Shown: positions 1 to 10,586 of the stretch, in pieces
Layout of the letters: the number at the start of each line of letters is the position of its first letter
Position numbering within the stretch: position 1 is the stretch's first letter
Assembly: GCA_963764715.1 (NCBI GenBank)
Contig: CAVXTP010000021.1
Coordinates: 320,001 to 384,000 of the forward strand
Length of the DNA: 64,000 nucleotides
Direction of reading: 5' to 3'
DNA from: an uncultured Acidobacteriota bacterium
GTDB lineage: Bacteria; Acidobacteriota; Thermoanaerobaculia; UBA5066; Gp7-AA6
Position numbers and translations under genes: made by a program
Notes under the pieces: generated by a model
The model's input: the letters and a program-made list of their open reading frames with translations, nothing else
Databases searched by the model: none
Told to the model about the DNA's origin: nothing

Positions 1-744
1 CGTCACATCGGTGACGCGGGTGAGCACCAGCCCCGATCCGTTGGTCGGCAGACCGGCGGTCCCGGCGGCGTTGGTGCCGATGAGATTGCCCTGGATCGTG
101 AGGCCGTGGATGCCCCCGACGGGGTCGAAGGCGACCTTGTCGTGGCCGCCCGAGATCAGGTTGCGTGCGGCCGGCGCGGTGCCGCCGATCCGGACGTTGG
201 TCGGCGCTGCGCCGGTGACCTGGGCCGTCGGCGTCGAGTTGGACGGCGCCGAGGTCCCGGTCGCATCGGTTCCGAGGAAGCAGCCTTCGATCGCGGCGTT
301 GCTGGCGGAATTCTGGAGCCGGATGCCGGCGAACTGGCACCCGTGGACGTTCAGGCCGCGGATCGTCGTGTCCGCCGCGGCGACATCGAGACAGATCGAC
401 CCGGCGGGAAGGCCGGACCCGTCGATCTCGATCTGCAGGACGGTGTTCAGCCCCTGCGTCACGTCGTGGGTGTTGGCCGAGGAGCCCGACTGCGTGTAGC
501 CGTCGATCGTGACCGGCGACGTGATCGCCGGCAGGGCGGTCGCGGGCGCGATCGCGTGGACTCCCGAGCCGACGATGTTGAAGGCGATCGTGTCGGCTCC
601 GGCGGCGCCGTTGGCGTCGAGGATGGCCTGGCGGAGGGACCCGACTCCCGCGTCGGCATTCGTCGTGACGGTAAACGTCCCGGCGGCGAGCCTGGCGGTG
701 GCGCAGAGCAGAGCGGCGCCAGCGATTCCGAGGCGTCGGATCAT
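1..744 (-). CDS. Beta-helix/IPT/SLH surface protein paralog 1 (5' part; runs off left edge)
   Basis: Manual translation from ATG 744 (RBS AGGAGG): [46 protein letters not shown]..., same N-terminus as the other paralogs; not in the ORF track because it is truncated. Confidence 0.88.
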   Translation of the reverse strand, partial: MIRRLGIAGAALLCATARLAAGTFTVTTNADAGVGSLRQAILDANGAAGADTIAFNIVGSGVHAIAPATALPAITSPVTIDGYTQSGSSANTHDVTQGLNTVLQIEIDGSGLPAGSICLDVAAADTTIRGLNVHGCQFAGIRLQNSASNAAIEGCFLGTDATGTSAPSNSTPTAQVTGAAPTNVRIGGTAPAARNLISGGHDKVAFDPVGGIHGLTIQGNLIGTNAAGTAGLPTNGSGLVLTRVTDVT

Positions 745-823
745 GTTGGCCTCCTGATGGGAGCGGAAGATTTCACGTTCCGGAGTGAAAATCGACGGAA
801 ATCGGCTCGCCGGGGCCGGGGGA

Positions 824-3223
824 CTACTGCAGGTTGAACGTCTTGACGATGAACACGGCCATCTGCCCGCGCGTGTTCGGGCTCGACGGGCAGTAGTTGC
901 CGCCCCCGCACCCGCCGGTGATGCTTTCGGCGGCGAGCTGCTCGATCCAGTCGGCGAACTGCGAGGGGCACGGGACGTCGGGGAAGTCACCCGAGCACGC
1001 CGGCGGCACGTAGGTCGAGCCGTGCTCGGCCTTGAGCAGAAAGACGGCCATCTGGTCGCGGCGGACCGGATTGCCCGGACAGTAGTTGCCGCCGCCGCAG
1101 CCTCCCGTGATCCCCTCGGCCGCGAGCGCCTCGATCCAGTTGGCGAAAGTCGACGGGCAGGCCACGTCGCCGAAGACTCCCGCGCAGGGAGGCGGGACGT
1201 AGCAGAGGCCGTAACGGCCCTTGAGAAGGAAGACGGCCATTTGCTGGCGCAGCGTGGCCGCGTTAACGCCGTAGAGGCCTCCGCCGACTCCCGCCGTGAT
1301 GCCGTTGGCGACGAGGGCCGTGACGTACAGGTGGAACTGCTGCGCGTCGGGCACGTCGAGAAAGTCCGAAACCCATCCGTTGATGAGGATCCCGGCGCTG
1401 CCGTTCGTGTTCACGACGGTGACGTGGTTGACCGTCCCCGGCGCAAGGGCGGGGACCGTGGCCGAAAGCTGTGTGAAGGATGCGACGTTCACGTTGGACG
1501 CCGCGGCCGGCCCGATCGAGACCGTCGCGCCGTCGAGGAAGTCCGTCCCATGGACGGCGACCGACGCGCCGCCCGCCGGGTCCCCGGAGGTTGGCGCGAC
1601 CGAGAAGACCATCCGCTGCGAGAACTCGGAGGTGTTGCCGGCCGGATCGGTCGCCGTCGCGGTCACCGATTCTCCGAAGCCGGGGGTGACGACGTCGAAG
1701 GTCGCGATGCCGGAGACGCTGCTCGTCGTCGTCGGCGCAACGCCGATCAGGTAGGAGCCCTGGAGGAAATCGTGCGGGCGCGCCGCACACGCCGGATTGC
1801 CGAAGAACTCGAGCTGGTAGGCCGTCGAGGGCGCCCCGTGCAGGATGCCCTGGACCTCCGTGCCGCCCGGGACCTGGACCGCGGACGTGATGATCGGAAA
1901 ATTCTGCAGGTTGTTCGGGCCGGAGTCGCCGTCGAGGGGGTCGTTCGCGTCGACGCCGATCGACCCGAGGTCGATGCCGAGGCCCGCGTTCTCCCAGATG
2001 TTGTTCCCGCTGATCGTGTTGCCGTTGCCGTTCTGGATCCGGATCCCGCCGAAGATGCCGGTCCCGTTGTTCTTGATCGTGTTGCCTTCGCCCGGGCTCA
2101 ACCCGCCGATGACGGAGTTGTTTCCGTTGACCACGATTCCCCATTGCGCATTGCCGAGCGGCCCGGCCTGTCCGTCGCTCGCTCCGATCGAGTTGCCGAG
2201 GACGCTCGTGCCATTGGCCGAGATCTCGATGCCGTTGGCGCCGCTCGCGGCGACGACGTTGCCGACACCCGGCTCACCGATCGTATTGGCCGGGCCCTCC
2301 ACGCTGATCCCGTAGGTGCCGTTGCCGAGAGGGAGCGTCCCGGTCACGTCGGTCCCGATGAAATTTCCCTCGACCGTCGAAGACGTCACCGGGTCCCGCA
2401 GTCGCACGCCCCCGGCGAAGTTGCCCGAGATCACGTTGCGCTCGCCCGCGGTCGGACCGCCGATGCGGACGTCCGTGCCCGTGAGCGCCAGCTCGACCCC
2501 GCCCTGGGTGCCGGGGAGCGCGACCGTGCCGGTCGCATCGGTGCCGATCAGGTTGCCCGCGATGACGTGTCCGCTTCCGGCGCTCGCGTAGATGCCGTCG
2601 ATGACGTTGGCCGAGATGACGTTGCGAGCGGCCGGCGCGGAGCCTCCGACCGTCACGTCCGCGCCTCCGGAGATGAAAACTCCGGCCTCGCCGTTGCCGG
2701 CCGCAGCGCCGCCGGCGGGGTCCGTCCCGATGAAGCAACCCTCGACCTTCACGTCCGAGGCGCCGTCGATGCGAATTCCGGAATGCCCCCGATTGATCGC
2801 GAGCCCTCGCACGACGGTCCCGGTCGCCGTGGAGGCGATCTTGAGCACGGCCGCGTCGGTCGCCGCCCCGGTGTTCGTGCCGTCGATCTCGACGAGGATG
2901 ACCGCGCTGGTCCCCTGGTCCGGGGGGTTGGTGTTCGCGCTCGAGCCCGGCTGCGTGTAACCGTCGATCGTCACCGCGTCCGTGATCGTCGGCAGAGCGC
3001 TCGCCGGAGCGATCGTGTGGACGCCGCCTCCCGGAATGCCGAAGGCGATGGTGTCATCGCCGGCATTGCCATTGGCGTCGAGGATCGCCTGGCGCAGCGA
3101 GCCGACGCCGGAGTCGGCCGTGGTCGTGACCGTGAAAACCGCGGCGAGGGCGGGGATCGACGCGAGCGCAACCAGGACGGGGACGAGAATCGCGGACAGC
3201 CGACGGCCTCGTACGGAGAACAT
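824..3223 (-). CDS. Secreted parallel beta-helix + Ig/IPT + 3x SLH-like protein (paralog 2)
   Basis: Signal peptide, [10 protein letters not shown] cap, GNxIGTD/RNVISGN coil repeats, [18 protein letters not shown]-like domain, [13 protein letters not shown]...RRDQMAVFL repeats; RBS AAGGAG. Confidence 0.9.
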   Translation of the reverse strand: MFSVRGRRLSAILVPVLVALASIPALAAVFTVTTTADSGVGSLRQAILDANGNAGDDTIAFGIPGGGVHTIAPASALPTITDAVTIDGYTQPGSSANTNPPDQGTSAVILVEIDGTNTGAATDAAVLKIASTATGTVVRGLAINRGHSGIRIDGASDVKVEGCFIGTDPAGGAAAGNGEAGVFISGGADVTVGGSAPAARNVISANVIDGIYASAGSGHVIAGNLIGTDATGTVALPGTQGGVELALTGTDVRIGGPTAGERNVISGNFAGGVRLRDPVTSSTVEGNFIGTDVTGTLPLGNGTYGISVEGPANTIGEPGVGNVVAASGANGIEISANGTSVLGNSIGASDGQAGPLGNAQWGIVVNGNNSVIGGLSPGEGNTIKNNGTGIFGGIRIQNGNGNTISGNNIWENAGLGIDLGSIGVDANDPLDGDSGPNNLQNFPIITSAVQVPGGTEVQGILHGAPSTAYQLEFFGNPACAARPHDFLQGSYLIGVAPTTTSSVSGIATFDVVTPGFGESVTATATDPAGNTSEFSQRMVFSVAPTSGDPAGGASVAVHGTDFLDGATVSIGPAAASNVNVASFTQLSATVPALAPGTVNHVTVVNTNGSAGILINGWVSDFLDVPDAQQFHLYVTALVANGITAGVGGGLYGVNAATLRQQMAVFLLKGRYGLCYVPPPCAGVFGDVACPSTFANWIEALAAEGITGGCGGGNYCPGNPVRRDQMAVFLLKAEHGSTYVPPACSGDFPDVPCPSQFADWIEQLAAESITGGCGGGNYCPSSPNTRGQMAVFIVKTFNLQ

Positions 3224-3299
3224 GCGTCTCTCCTTTTGAGTCGTGTCTGCTCGACTTCGAGAATCCTATCCCGCGACGGGGACCATGGAACGCGAACCC

Positions 3300-5726
3300 T
3301 TATTGAAGGGTGAAGGTCTTCACGATGAACACGGCCATCTGCCCGCGCGTATTCGGGTTCAGCGGGCAGTAGTTGCCCCCGCCACAACCGCCGGTGACGT
3401 TCTCGGCCGCGAGTCGCTCGATCCAGTTGGCGAAGGTGGACGGGCACGGAACGTCGGCGAACGTTCCGGCGCAGGCGGGCGGGACGTAAGTCGAGCCGTG
3501 CTCCGTCTTCAGCAGGAAGACGGCCATCTGGTCGCGGCGCACGGGGCTGAGCGGGCAGTAGTTCGTTCCGCCGCAGCCGCCGGTGATGCCCAGCGTCGCG
3601 AGGGCCTCGATCCAGGGGGCGAAGGTTCCGGGACAGGCGACGTCCGTGAAGAATCCCGGCGTGCAGGCCGGCGGGACGTAGCAGATCCCGAATTTCGCCT
3701 TGAGCAGGAAGACCGCCATCTGCTGGCGCAGGGTGCTGTTCGCGACGCCGTAGTTGCCCCCGCCCACGCCCGCCGTGATCCCGTTGGAAACGAGGGTCGT
3801 GACGAAGCCGTGAAACTGGTTGTTCAGCGGCACGTCGTTGAAGTCCGCCACCCAGCCCTTCGACAGCGTCCCCGTGGTCGCGTCGGGGTTGGTCAGGGTG
3901 ACGTCGCCGAGCGAGCCCGCAGGCAGGGCCGGCGTCCTCACCTCGACCTGGGTCGAGTTCTGCCAGAAGAAGTCGGTTGTCGGTAGTCCTCCGATCGTGA
4001 CCGTCGCTGTGTTGGAGAAGTTGGTGCCCCGGACCACGACGAGGGTGCCTCCCGCGGGGGGGCCGGAGACCGGGCTGATCGAAAAGACGAGCCGGGGCGA
4101 GAGCTCCGACGTGTTCCCGCTCGGGTCGGTCGCCGTGACCGTCACTCGCTGACCCGCCTCGATCGTGTAGGCCAGGCTGACGTCGAAGGCGGCGTGGCCC
4201 GCGCCATCGGTCGAAAGGTCGGATGAGCCGATGTAGACGAGGCCCTCCTCGAAATCATGCGGACGGCCGGCGCACGCGGGATTGGCGAAGAAGTCGAGCG
4301 CGTACGTCGTGGAAGGGGTCGTATCGAGGGTCCCGATGACTTCCGTGCCCGAGGGCGCGAGCGGCGCGGCCGAGGTGATGATGGGATAGTTCTGGCGCCC
4401 GTTGGGGCCCGTGTCGGCGTCCAGCGCGTCGTTGGGGGTGACGCCGTCGGCTGCCAGATCGATGCCGATCGTGCCGTTGGCGTAGATCGAGTTGCCCCGG
4501 ATGGCATCGTTGGCGATGTTGCCGAGCAGGACGATGCCGCCGACGGTGCTGTGCGCGACGATGTTGGCTTCGCCGGGCGCCGTGCCGCCGATGGTCGCGT
4601 TGCTGCCGAAGATCGCGATCCCGCGATTGTGATTGCCCAGCGCGAAGCTGCCGGTCGGGTCGGTCCCGATGAGGTTGCCCTGGACGACGACCCCCGTCAC
4701 GCCCCCCGCGATCGACAGGCCGTCGAGGGCGTTCGACGAGATGACGTTGCCCGCGCCGGGAGCCGGGCCCCCGATCGTGCTGCCGTTGGCCTCGACCAGG
4801 ATTCCATAGTTGAGGTTGGGAAGCGGCCCCGTCCCGGTGACGTCGGTGCCGATGAAGTTCCCCCGGACGACGAGGCCCGAGCCGTTGTTGAGCCGGATGC
4901 CGTAGAGAAGGTTGCCCGAGATGACGTTGCGGCTGGCCGCGGTCGTGCCCCCGATCGTGATGTTGGAGCTCGAGGCATTGTCGATCTCGACGCCGACCTG
5001 CTCACCCCCGAGAGCGTTGCCGCCCGATGCGTCCGTGCCGATCAGGTTGCCCTGGATCAGGTGCCCGCTGCCGCCGAGGCCGGCCGAGCCGAAGTCGATC
5101 CCGGCCGTTCCGTTGGCTGAGATCAGGTTGCGGGCGGCGGGAGTCGTGCCGCCCACGGTGACGTTGGAGGGCCCGTTGTTGCCGAGGATCCCGAAATTGG
5201 TGTTCCCGTGGGCGACCGTTCCGGTCGGATCGGTGCCGATGAAGTTGCCGGCGATGACCATTCCGGCGACCCCGGAGAGACGGATCCCCGCGTAATGGCC
5301 GCGATTGATGACGAGGCCCTGGACGGCGCTCCCGCCGCTGCCAGGCGCGAAGTAGAGGACGGCGGCGTCGCTTCCGAGCCCGGTGTTCGTCCCGTCGATC
5401 TCGATCTGGAGGACGGCATTGGTCGCCTGGTCCGGGGCGTTCGTGTTGGCGCTCGCTCCCGACTGCGTGTAGCCGTCGATCGTGACGGGCCCCGTGATCA
5501 ATGGAAGCGCGCTCGCCGGCGCGATGGTGTGCAGACCCGATCCGACGATGGCGAACCCGATCGTGTCGGCGCCGACGGAGGCGTTGGCGTCGAGGATCGC
5601 CTGGCGCAGCGACCCGGCGCCGCTGTCGGCGGTGCTCGTGACCGTGAAGGTGTTGGCGAACGTCGACGAGGCCCCGAACAGGCCGATGGCCGCGAGGAGG
5701 GGAAGACCCCGGAGCGACGAGCGCAT
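3300..5726 (-). CDS. Beta-helix/IPT/SLH surface protein (paralog 3)
   Basis: 808 aa ORF with the same architecture. Confidence 0.9.
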   Translation of the reverse strand: MRSSLRGLPLLAAIGLFGASSTFANTFTVTSTADSGAGSLRQAILDANASVGADTIGFAIVGSGLHTIAPASALPLITGPVTIDGYTQSGASANTNAPDQATNAVLQIEIDGTNTGLGSDAAVLYFAPGSGGSAVQGLVINRGHYAGIRLSGVAGMVIAGNFIGTDPTGTVAHGNTNFGILGNNGPSNVTVGGTTPAARNLISANGTAGIDFGSAGLGGSGHLIQGNLIGTDASGGNALGGEQVGVEIDNASSSNITIGGTTAASRNVISGNLLYGIRLNNGSGLVVRGNFIGTDVTGTGPLPNLNYGILVEANGSTIGGPAPGAGNVISSNALDGLSIAGGVTGVVVQGNLIGTDPTGSFALGNHNRGIAIFGSNATIGGTAPGEANIVAHSTVGGIVLLGNIANDAIRGNSIYANGTIGIDLAADGVTPNDALDADTGPNGRQNYPIITSAAPLAPSGTEVIGTLDTTPSTTYALDFFANPACAGRPHDFEEGLVYIGSSDLSTDGAGHAAFDVSLAYTIEAGQRVTVTATDPSGNTSELSPRLVFSISPVSGPPAGGTLVVVRGTNFSNTATVTIGGLPTTDFFWQNSTQVEVRTPALPAGSLGDVTLTNPDATTGTLSKGWVADFNDVPLNNQFHGFVTTLVSNGITAGVGGGNYGVANSTLRQQMAVFLLKAKFGICYVPPACTPGFFTDVACPGTFAPWIEALATLGITGGCGGTNYCPLSPVRRDQMAVFLLKTEHGSTYVPPACAGTFADVPCPSTFANWIERLAAENVTGGCGGGNYCPLNPNTRGQMAVFIVKTFTLQ

Positions 5727-5863
5727 TTTGTGCCGACCTTTCTTGGGGGACCGAAGGGGAGCCCGGGGAGTCTATCCCGGTCCGGCCGAGCGGGGGGACC
5801 CGTCGAGTGCGGAACGAACGAGCGTCGGAGCGGCCGACGAGGCCGCCCCGACACTCCGCACGG

Positions 5864-8059
5864 TCACTGAAGATTGAAGGTCTTGACGACGAATACGGCC
5901 ATCTGGCCCCGGGTGGCGAGGTTCAGCGGGCAGTAGTTGCCACCGCCGCAGCCTCCGGTGATGGTCTCCGCGTTGAGCTGCTCGATCCAGTCCGCGAAAA
6001 GCGATGGGCACGCGACGTCGGCGAAGGTGCCGGCGCAGGCGGGGGGGACGTAGCTCGAGCCGTGCTCGGCCTTGAGCAGGAACGGGGCCATCTGGTCGCG
6101 GCGGACGGGGTTGGCCGGGCAGAAGTTGCCATTCCCGCATCCCCCGGTGATGCCCTCGGCCGCGAGGGCCTCGATCCAGTCCGCGAAGGTCGAGGGGCAC
6201 GGAACGTCGCCGAAAATGCCGGTGCACGACGGCGGCACGTAGCACAGTCCGTGGCGTCCTTTCAGAAGAAACACCGCCATCTGTTGACGCAACGTTGACA
6301 GATCGACGCCGTAGTTGCCGCCGCCCACGCCGACGGTGATCGCGTTCGAGACGAGGGTGGTGACGAACGCATAGAACGGGTGACCGCCGTCCACGTCGAG
6401 GAAATCCGCGACCCAGGCCTTCGGGAGCGCCCCCGTCGTGCCGTCGGGGGTGGTGACGACCAGGTCGTTGACCGTGCCGGGCCCGAGAGCAGGCGAGGTG
6501 GACTGGAGGAGATGGTCGCTGTCGAAGGCGACGGGAGTCGAAATGCCGCCGATCGTCATCGTCGTCGGGTCGGCGAAGTCGGTTCCGGAAACCACGATCC
6601 CCGTTCCGCCCGACGCCGGGCCGGAGACGGAGCTCGACATGGAGAAGGCGATGCGTTGGGAGAATTCGGAGGTATTGCCGTTGGGATCCGTCGCCGTGGC
6701 GGATATGCGGGCGCCCGCGACGGTGGCCACGGGGAGGGTCACGTCGATCGCGGCGCTGCCGGAGCCGTCCGTCGTGACCTGCGAGGACGCGAGGTAAGTC
6801 TCGCCCTCGAGGAACTCCCGCGGGAAGTTGGAGCAGGCGGGATTGGCGTAGAAGTCGAGATCGAACGTCGTGCTCGCGGCGCCGTTGAACTTGCCGACGA
6901 TGTGGGTCGTCGCTCCCGTCGTGATCGACTGGAGGATCGGAAAGTTCTGGAGATGGTTGCTGCCCTCGTCGACGTCGCCGGGATCGTTGGGGTTCGGCGC
7001 CGAGCCGCCCGTGTACAGCTTGATCCCGAGAGGCCCGTTGTCGTGGATCGAGTTGCCCCGGACCCTGTTGTTGATGCCCCCGACGTTGACGCCGAAGTTG
7101 CCGTTGTAGGCGATCTCGTTCGGCTGGCCGGGCAGGAGGCCGCCGATCGAGGAATTGTTGCTTTCGTGGATGTTGATCCCGTCGATGGCATTGGCGAGCG
7201 GGCCCGTGCCGTCCGCGGTCGTTCCGATCCGGTTTCCGTAGACCAGGGTCGCGCCCTGGATCCAGAGGCCGTGGAGGCTGTTGCCGGAGATGACGTTGCC
7301 GGCGCCCGGATCGGTCCCGCCGATGGTGCTGCCGTTGGCGAAGACGCCGATCCCGACGCCGTTCGGGACCGCTTTCGTTCCGGTCGCGTCGGTCCCGACG
7401 AGGTTGCCCTGCACGGTGACGCCGGCGAGGACGGTGAGGGCGCCGCCGAAGATGCCGGAGGAGTTGCCCGAGATGAGATTGCGGTCGGCCGGGGCCGTCC
7501 CGCCGACGGTGTTGCCCGGATCCTCGATCTGAAGGCCGGCGCTGTTCGGCCGCGCCAGTGTGCCGGTCGGGTCGGTTCCGGCGAAGTTGCCGCGAAGGAC
7601 GCAGTTGCTCGCGCCGCCCCGAACCACGATTCCGGTCGAGAAGCGGTTGACGACGAGCCCCTGCACCGTGCTCCCGTTGGTCTGGGACCCCGTGAAGTTG
7701 AGCCCGGTGGCGCCCGCGGTGCTGCCGTCGAGCTCGATGAGAAGGACCGCGTTCGTTCCGAAGGGCAGCGTGTTGACGCTCGTGCCCGGCTGCGAGTAGC
7801 CGTCGACCATCACCGCGTCGGAGAACTGGGGCAGGGTCGTGGCCGGCGTGATCGTGTGGACGCCGCCGCCGGGAATGTTGAAGGCGATCGTGTCGAAGCC
7901 GGCCGTCGCGTTGGCGTCGAGGATCGCCTGGCGCAGCGACCCCGCGCCGGAGTCGTTGGAGTTGGTCACGGTGAGCGTCGCGGCGGAAAGAGGCGAGGCC
8001 AGGGTGAACGCGGCCGCCATGGCGAGGCGACGCAGGCCGCCGGGAATCGGGGTGCCCAT
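5864..8059 (-). CDS. Beta-helix/IPT/SLH surface protein (paralog 4)
   Basis: Start moved to ATG 8059 (MGTPIPGG..., RBS AAGGAG, signal peptide follows). Confidence 0.88.
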   Translation of the reverse strand: MGTPIPGGLRRLAMAAAFTLASPLSAATLTVTNSNDSGAGSLRQAILDANATAGFDTIAFNIPGGGVHTITPATTLPQFSDAVMVDGYSQPGTSVNTLPFGTNAVLLIELDGSTAGATGLNFTGSQTNGSTVQGLVVNRFSTGIVVRGGASNCVLRGNFAGTDPTGTLARPNSAGLQIEDPGNTVGGTAPADRNLISGNSSGIFGGALTVLAGVTVQGNLVGTDATGTKAVPNGVGIGVFANGSTIGGTDPGAGNVISGNSLHGLWIQGATLVYGNRIGTTADGTGPLANAIDGINIHESNNSSIGGLLPGQPNEIAYNGNFGVNVGGINNRVRGNSIHDNGPLGIKLYTGGSAPNPNDPGDVDEGSNHLQNFPILQSITTGATTHIVGKFNGAASTTFDLDFYANPACSNFPREFLEGETYLASSQVTTDGSGSAAIDVTLPVATVAGARISATATDPNGNTSEFSQRIAFSMSSSVSGPASGGTGIVVSGTDFADPTTMTIGGISTPVAFDSDHLLQSTSPALGPGTVNDLVVTTPDGTTGALPKAWVADFLDVDGGHPFYAFVTTLVSNAITVGVGGGNYGVDLSTLRQQMAVFLLKGRHGLCYVPPSCTGIFGDVPCPSTFADWIEALAAEGITGGCGNGNFCPANPVRRDQMAPFLLKAEHGSSYVPPACAGTFADVACPSLFADWIEQLNAETITGGCGGGNYCPLNLATRGQMAVFVVKTFNLQ

Positions 8060-8075
8060 CAGCAGCTCCTTGAAG

Positions 8076-8267
8076 TCATTGCAGGCCGGAGGTCTTCGTG
8101 ATGAAGACCGCCATCTGCCCGCGTGTGTTCGGGTTGAGGGGACAGTCGTTGCCGCCGCCGCAGCCGCCCGTGATGTTCTCGCCGGCCGCCGCCTCGATCC
8201 AGTTGGCGAAGGTCGAGGGACATGGGACGTCGGCGAACATGCCGACGCACGGCGCCGGGGTGTGACA
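8076..8267 (-). pseudogene. Orphan degenerate SLH C-terminal tail
   Basis: Translates [63 protein letters not shown]; no N-terminal part; substitutions at otherwise conserved residues (NYC>NDC, TF>TS). Confidence 0.85.
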
Positions 8268-8276
8268 TCTGTGAAA

Positions 8277-10463
8277 TCACTGGAGTGAGAAGGTCTTGAC
8301 CACGAAGACGGCCATCTGGCCCCGGGTGGCGTTGTTGAGCGGGCAGTAGTTGCCTCCGCCGCAGCCGCCGGTGATCTGTTCCGCATTGAGCTGCTCGATC
8401 CAGTCGGCAAACAGCGACGGGCAGGCGACGTCGGTGAAGGCGCCCGCGCAGGCCGGCGGGACGTAGGCCGGGCCGTGCTCGGCCTTCAGCAGGAACGGGG
8501 CCATCTGGTCGCGCCGGACGGGATTGGTGGGGCAGAAGTTGCCGTTGCCGCATCCCCCGGTGATCCCCTCGGCGGCGAGCGCCTCGATCCAGTCGGCGAA
8601 GGTCGAGGGGCAGGCCACGTCGCCGAAGGTTCCCGAGCAGGGCGGCGGGACGTAGCAGAGGCCGTGGCGGGCCTTGAGCAGAAAGACCGCCATCTGCTGG
8701 CGCAGGGTCGGTTGGTCGACGCCGTAGAGACCGCCGCCGACGCCGACGGTGATGGCGTTGGAGACGAGCGTCGTGACGAAACCGTAAAACTGGTGACCAC
8801 CGTCCACGTCGAGGAAGTCCGAGACCCAACCCTTCACGAGGGTCCCGGTGGTGCCGTCGGGAGTCGTCGCGACCACGTCGTTGACCGTTCCCGGCGGCAG
8901 CGCGGGAGACGTCGTCGTCAGGGACTGGTCGTTGACGAAGGTTACCCCGGCGGCGGCGCCGCCGAACGTCAGCGTGGTCGGGTCCGCGAAGTCCGTGCCG
9001 GAAACGGCGATGGCCGTGCCGCCCGCGCCGGGGCCCGATGTCGGACTGATCGAGAAGATGATGCGCTGCGAAAACTCCGAGGTGTTCCCCGCGGGATCCG
9101 TCGCCGTGGCCGAGATCCGGGCGCCCGGATCGGTCACGACCGGCAGGATGACGTCGAAGGTCGCGTTGCCGCTCCCGTCCGTCGTGACCTGCGAGGAGCC
9201 GAGATAGGTCTCGCCCTCCAGGAACTCGCGCGGGAAGTTGGAACAGGACCGGTTCTCATAGAAATCGATCTCGAAGAGGGTCGACGGAGCGCTGTGGAGC
9301 TTGCCGATGATTCGAGTGCTCCCCGAGCCCTGCGGACCCAGGTGCCCGATGGAGGTGAGGACGGGAAAGTTCTGCTGCAGGTTGGCGCCGCCGTCGGCAT
9401 CCATCGGGTCGTTGAAGTTCGGGCCCTCCGTTCCGATGTCGATGCCGAGCGCGCCGTTGTCGTGAATGGAGTTGCCGCGAACGGAGTTGTTCCATCCGCC
9501 GTTGCTACTCAGCAGGACTCCTTGCGCCGCGTTGTACGCGATCACGTTCGCCTGCCCGGGACCGACGCCCCCGATGAGGGCGTCGTGACCCCCGAAGTTG
9601 GTCAGTACGCCGATGCCGTTTCCGAGCGGCCCCGTTCCGGCCGCGTTGACGCCGATGAGGTTCCCGTAGACCACGTCGACGGTCTGGACCTGCTCCATGA
9701 AGATCCCCAGGGCGTTGCCCGAGATCACGTTGCCTTCGCCCGCCCCGGCTCCTCCGATCAGCATGCCGGCGCCGAAGCCGTTCACGCACGTGATGCCGGT
9801 GCTTGTGTTGCCGAGTGCCACGGAGCCGGTCTTGTCGGTGCCGATGAGATTGCCCTGGATCACGCCGCCGTTGATCCCCGCGGTGATTCCAACTGTGTTT
9901 CCGGAGATCAGGTTTCTATCCGCGGGCGAGGGGCCGCCGATCACGCTGCCCGGGGTGGACGCATTGATGCCCTCGCTGTTGCCGAGGGCGACCGCTCCCG
10001 AGGCGTCGGTTCCGAGGAACGTGCCCTTGACGGTGCACCCGCTGACTCCTCCGTTGATCTGCACGCCGGCGCCGAAGCCGTGGATTGCAAGGCCCCGGAG
10101 AAGGCTGCCGTCGTGGGATACGAACTGAATGCCCGTTCCCGGCGGCACGGCGCTGCCATCGAGCTCGATCAGGATGACGGCGTTCGTGGCGACCGGGTCG
10201 GTGTTGGAGCTCGCGCCCGGCTGCGTGTAGCCGTCGATGGTCACCGTCTCTGTCAGTGCCGGCAGGACCGAAGCGGGGGCGATGACATGGACGCCGGCAC
10301 CCGGGATGTTGAACTCGATCGTGTCGGGGCCCGGGTTGGCGTTGGCGTCGAGAATGGCCTGTCGCAGGGAGCCGGCCCCGGAGTCATTCGTGTTGGCGAC
10401 AGTGAAGGTAGCGGCAGCCAAAGGCGCGGACACCAGGTACAAGAGAACGGCGAGCTTTCTCAC
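8277..10463 (-). CDS. Beta-helix/IPT/SLH surface protein (paralog 5)
   Basis: GTG start 10463 ([18 protein letters not shown]) after AGGAGG. Confidence 0.88.
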   Translation of the reverse strand: MRKLAVLLYLVSAPLAAATFTVANTNDSGAGSLRQAILDANANPGPDTIEFNIPGAGVHVIAPASVLPALTETVTIDGYTQPGASSNTDPVATNAVILIELDGSAVPPGTGIQFVSHDGSLLRGLAIHGFGAGVQINGGVSGCTVKGTFLGTDASGAVALGNSEGINASTPGSVIGGPSPADRNLISGNTVGITAGINGGVIQGNLIGTDKTGSVALGNTSTGITCVNGFGAGMLIGGAGAGEGNVISGNALGIFMEQVQTVDVVYGNLIGVNAAGTGPLGNGIGVLTNFGGHDALIGGVGPGQANVIAYNAAQGVLLSSNGGWNNSVRGNSIHDNGALGIDIGTEGPNFNDPMDADGGANLQQNFPVLTSIGHLGPQGSGSTRIIGKLHSAPSTLFEIDFYENRSCSNFPREFLEGETYLGSSQVTTDGSGNATFDVILPVVTDPGARISATATDPAGNTSEFSQRIIFSISPTSGPGAGGTAIAVSGTDFADPTTLTFGGAAAGVTFVNDQSLTTTSPALPPGTVNDVVATTPDGTTGTLVKGWVSDFLDVDGGHQFYGFVTTLVSNAITVGVGGGLYGVDQPTLRQQMAVFLLKARHGLCYVPPPCSGTFGDVACPSTFADWIEALAAEGITGGCGNGNFCPTNPVRRDQMAPFLLKAEHGPAYVPPACAGAFTDVACPSLFADWIEQLNAEQITGGCGGGNYCPLNNATRGQMAVFVVKTFSLQ

Positions 10464-10473
10464 GAGTCCTCCT

Positions 10474-10586
10474 ATTGCAGGTTGACCCGACCACCGAAGG
10501 CAGACCCCCGGCAGTAGGGAACGCCGTGCGAAGCACGGCGGTAACTCGAATCTGACTTGACCGCGATTCTGCTCATTGCAGGTTGA
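10474..10586. repeat. GTAG-tagged REP-like hairpin element, copy 1, between 12-bp direct repeats of the paralog 3' end
   Basis: Core CCGAAGGCAGACCCCCGGCAGTAGGGAACGCCGTGCGAAGCACGGCGGTAACT; hairpin 10522-10540; ATTGCAGGTTGA at 10474-10485 and 10575-10586. Confidence 0.85.
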
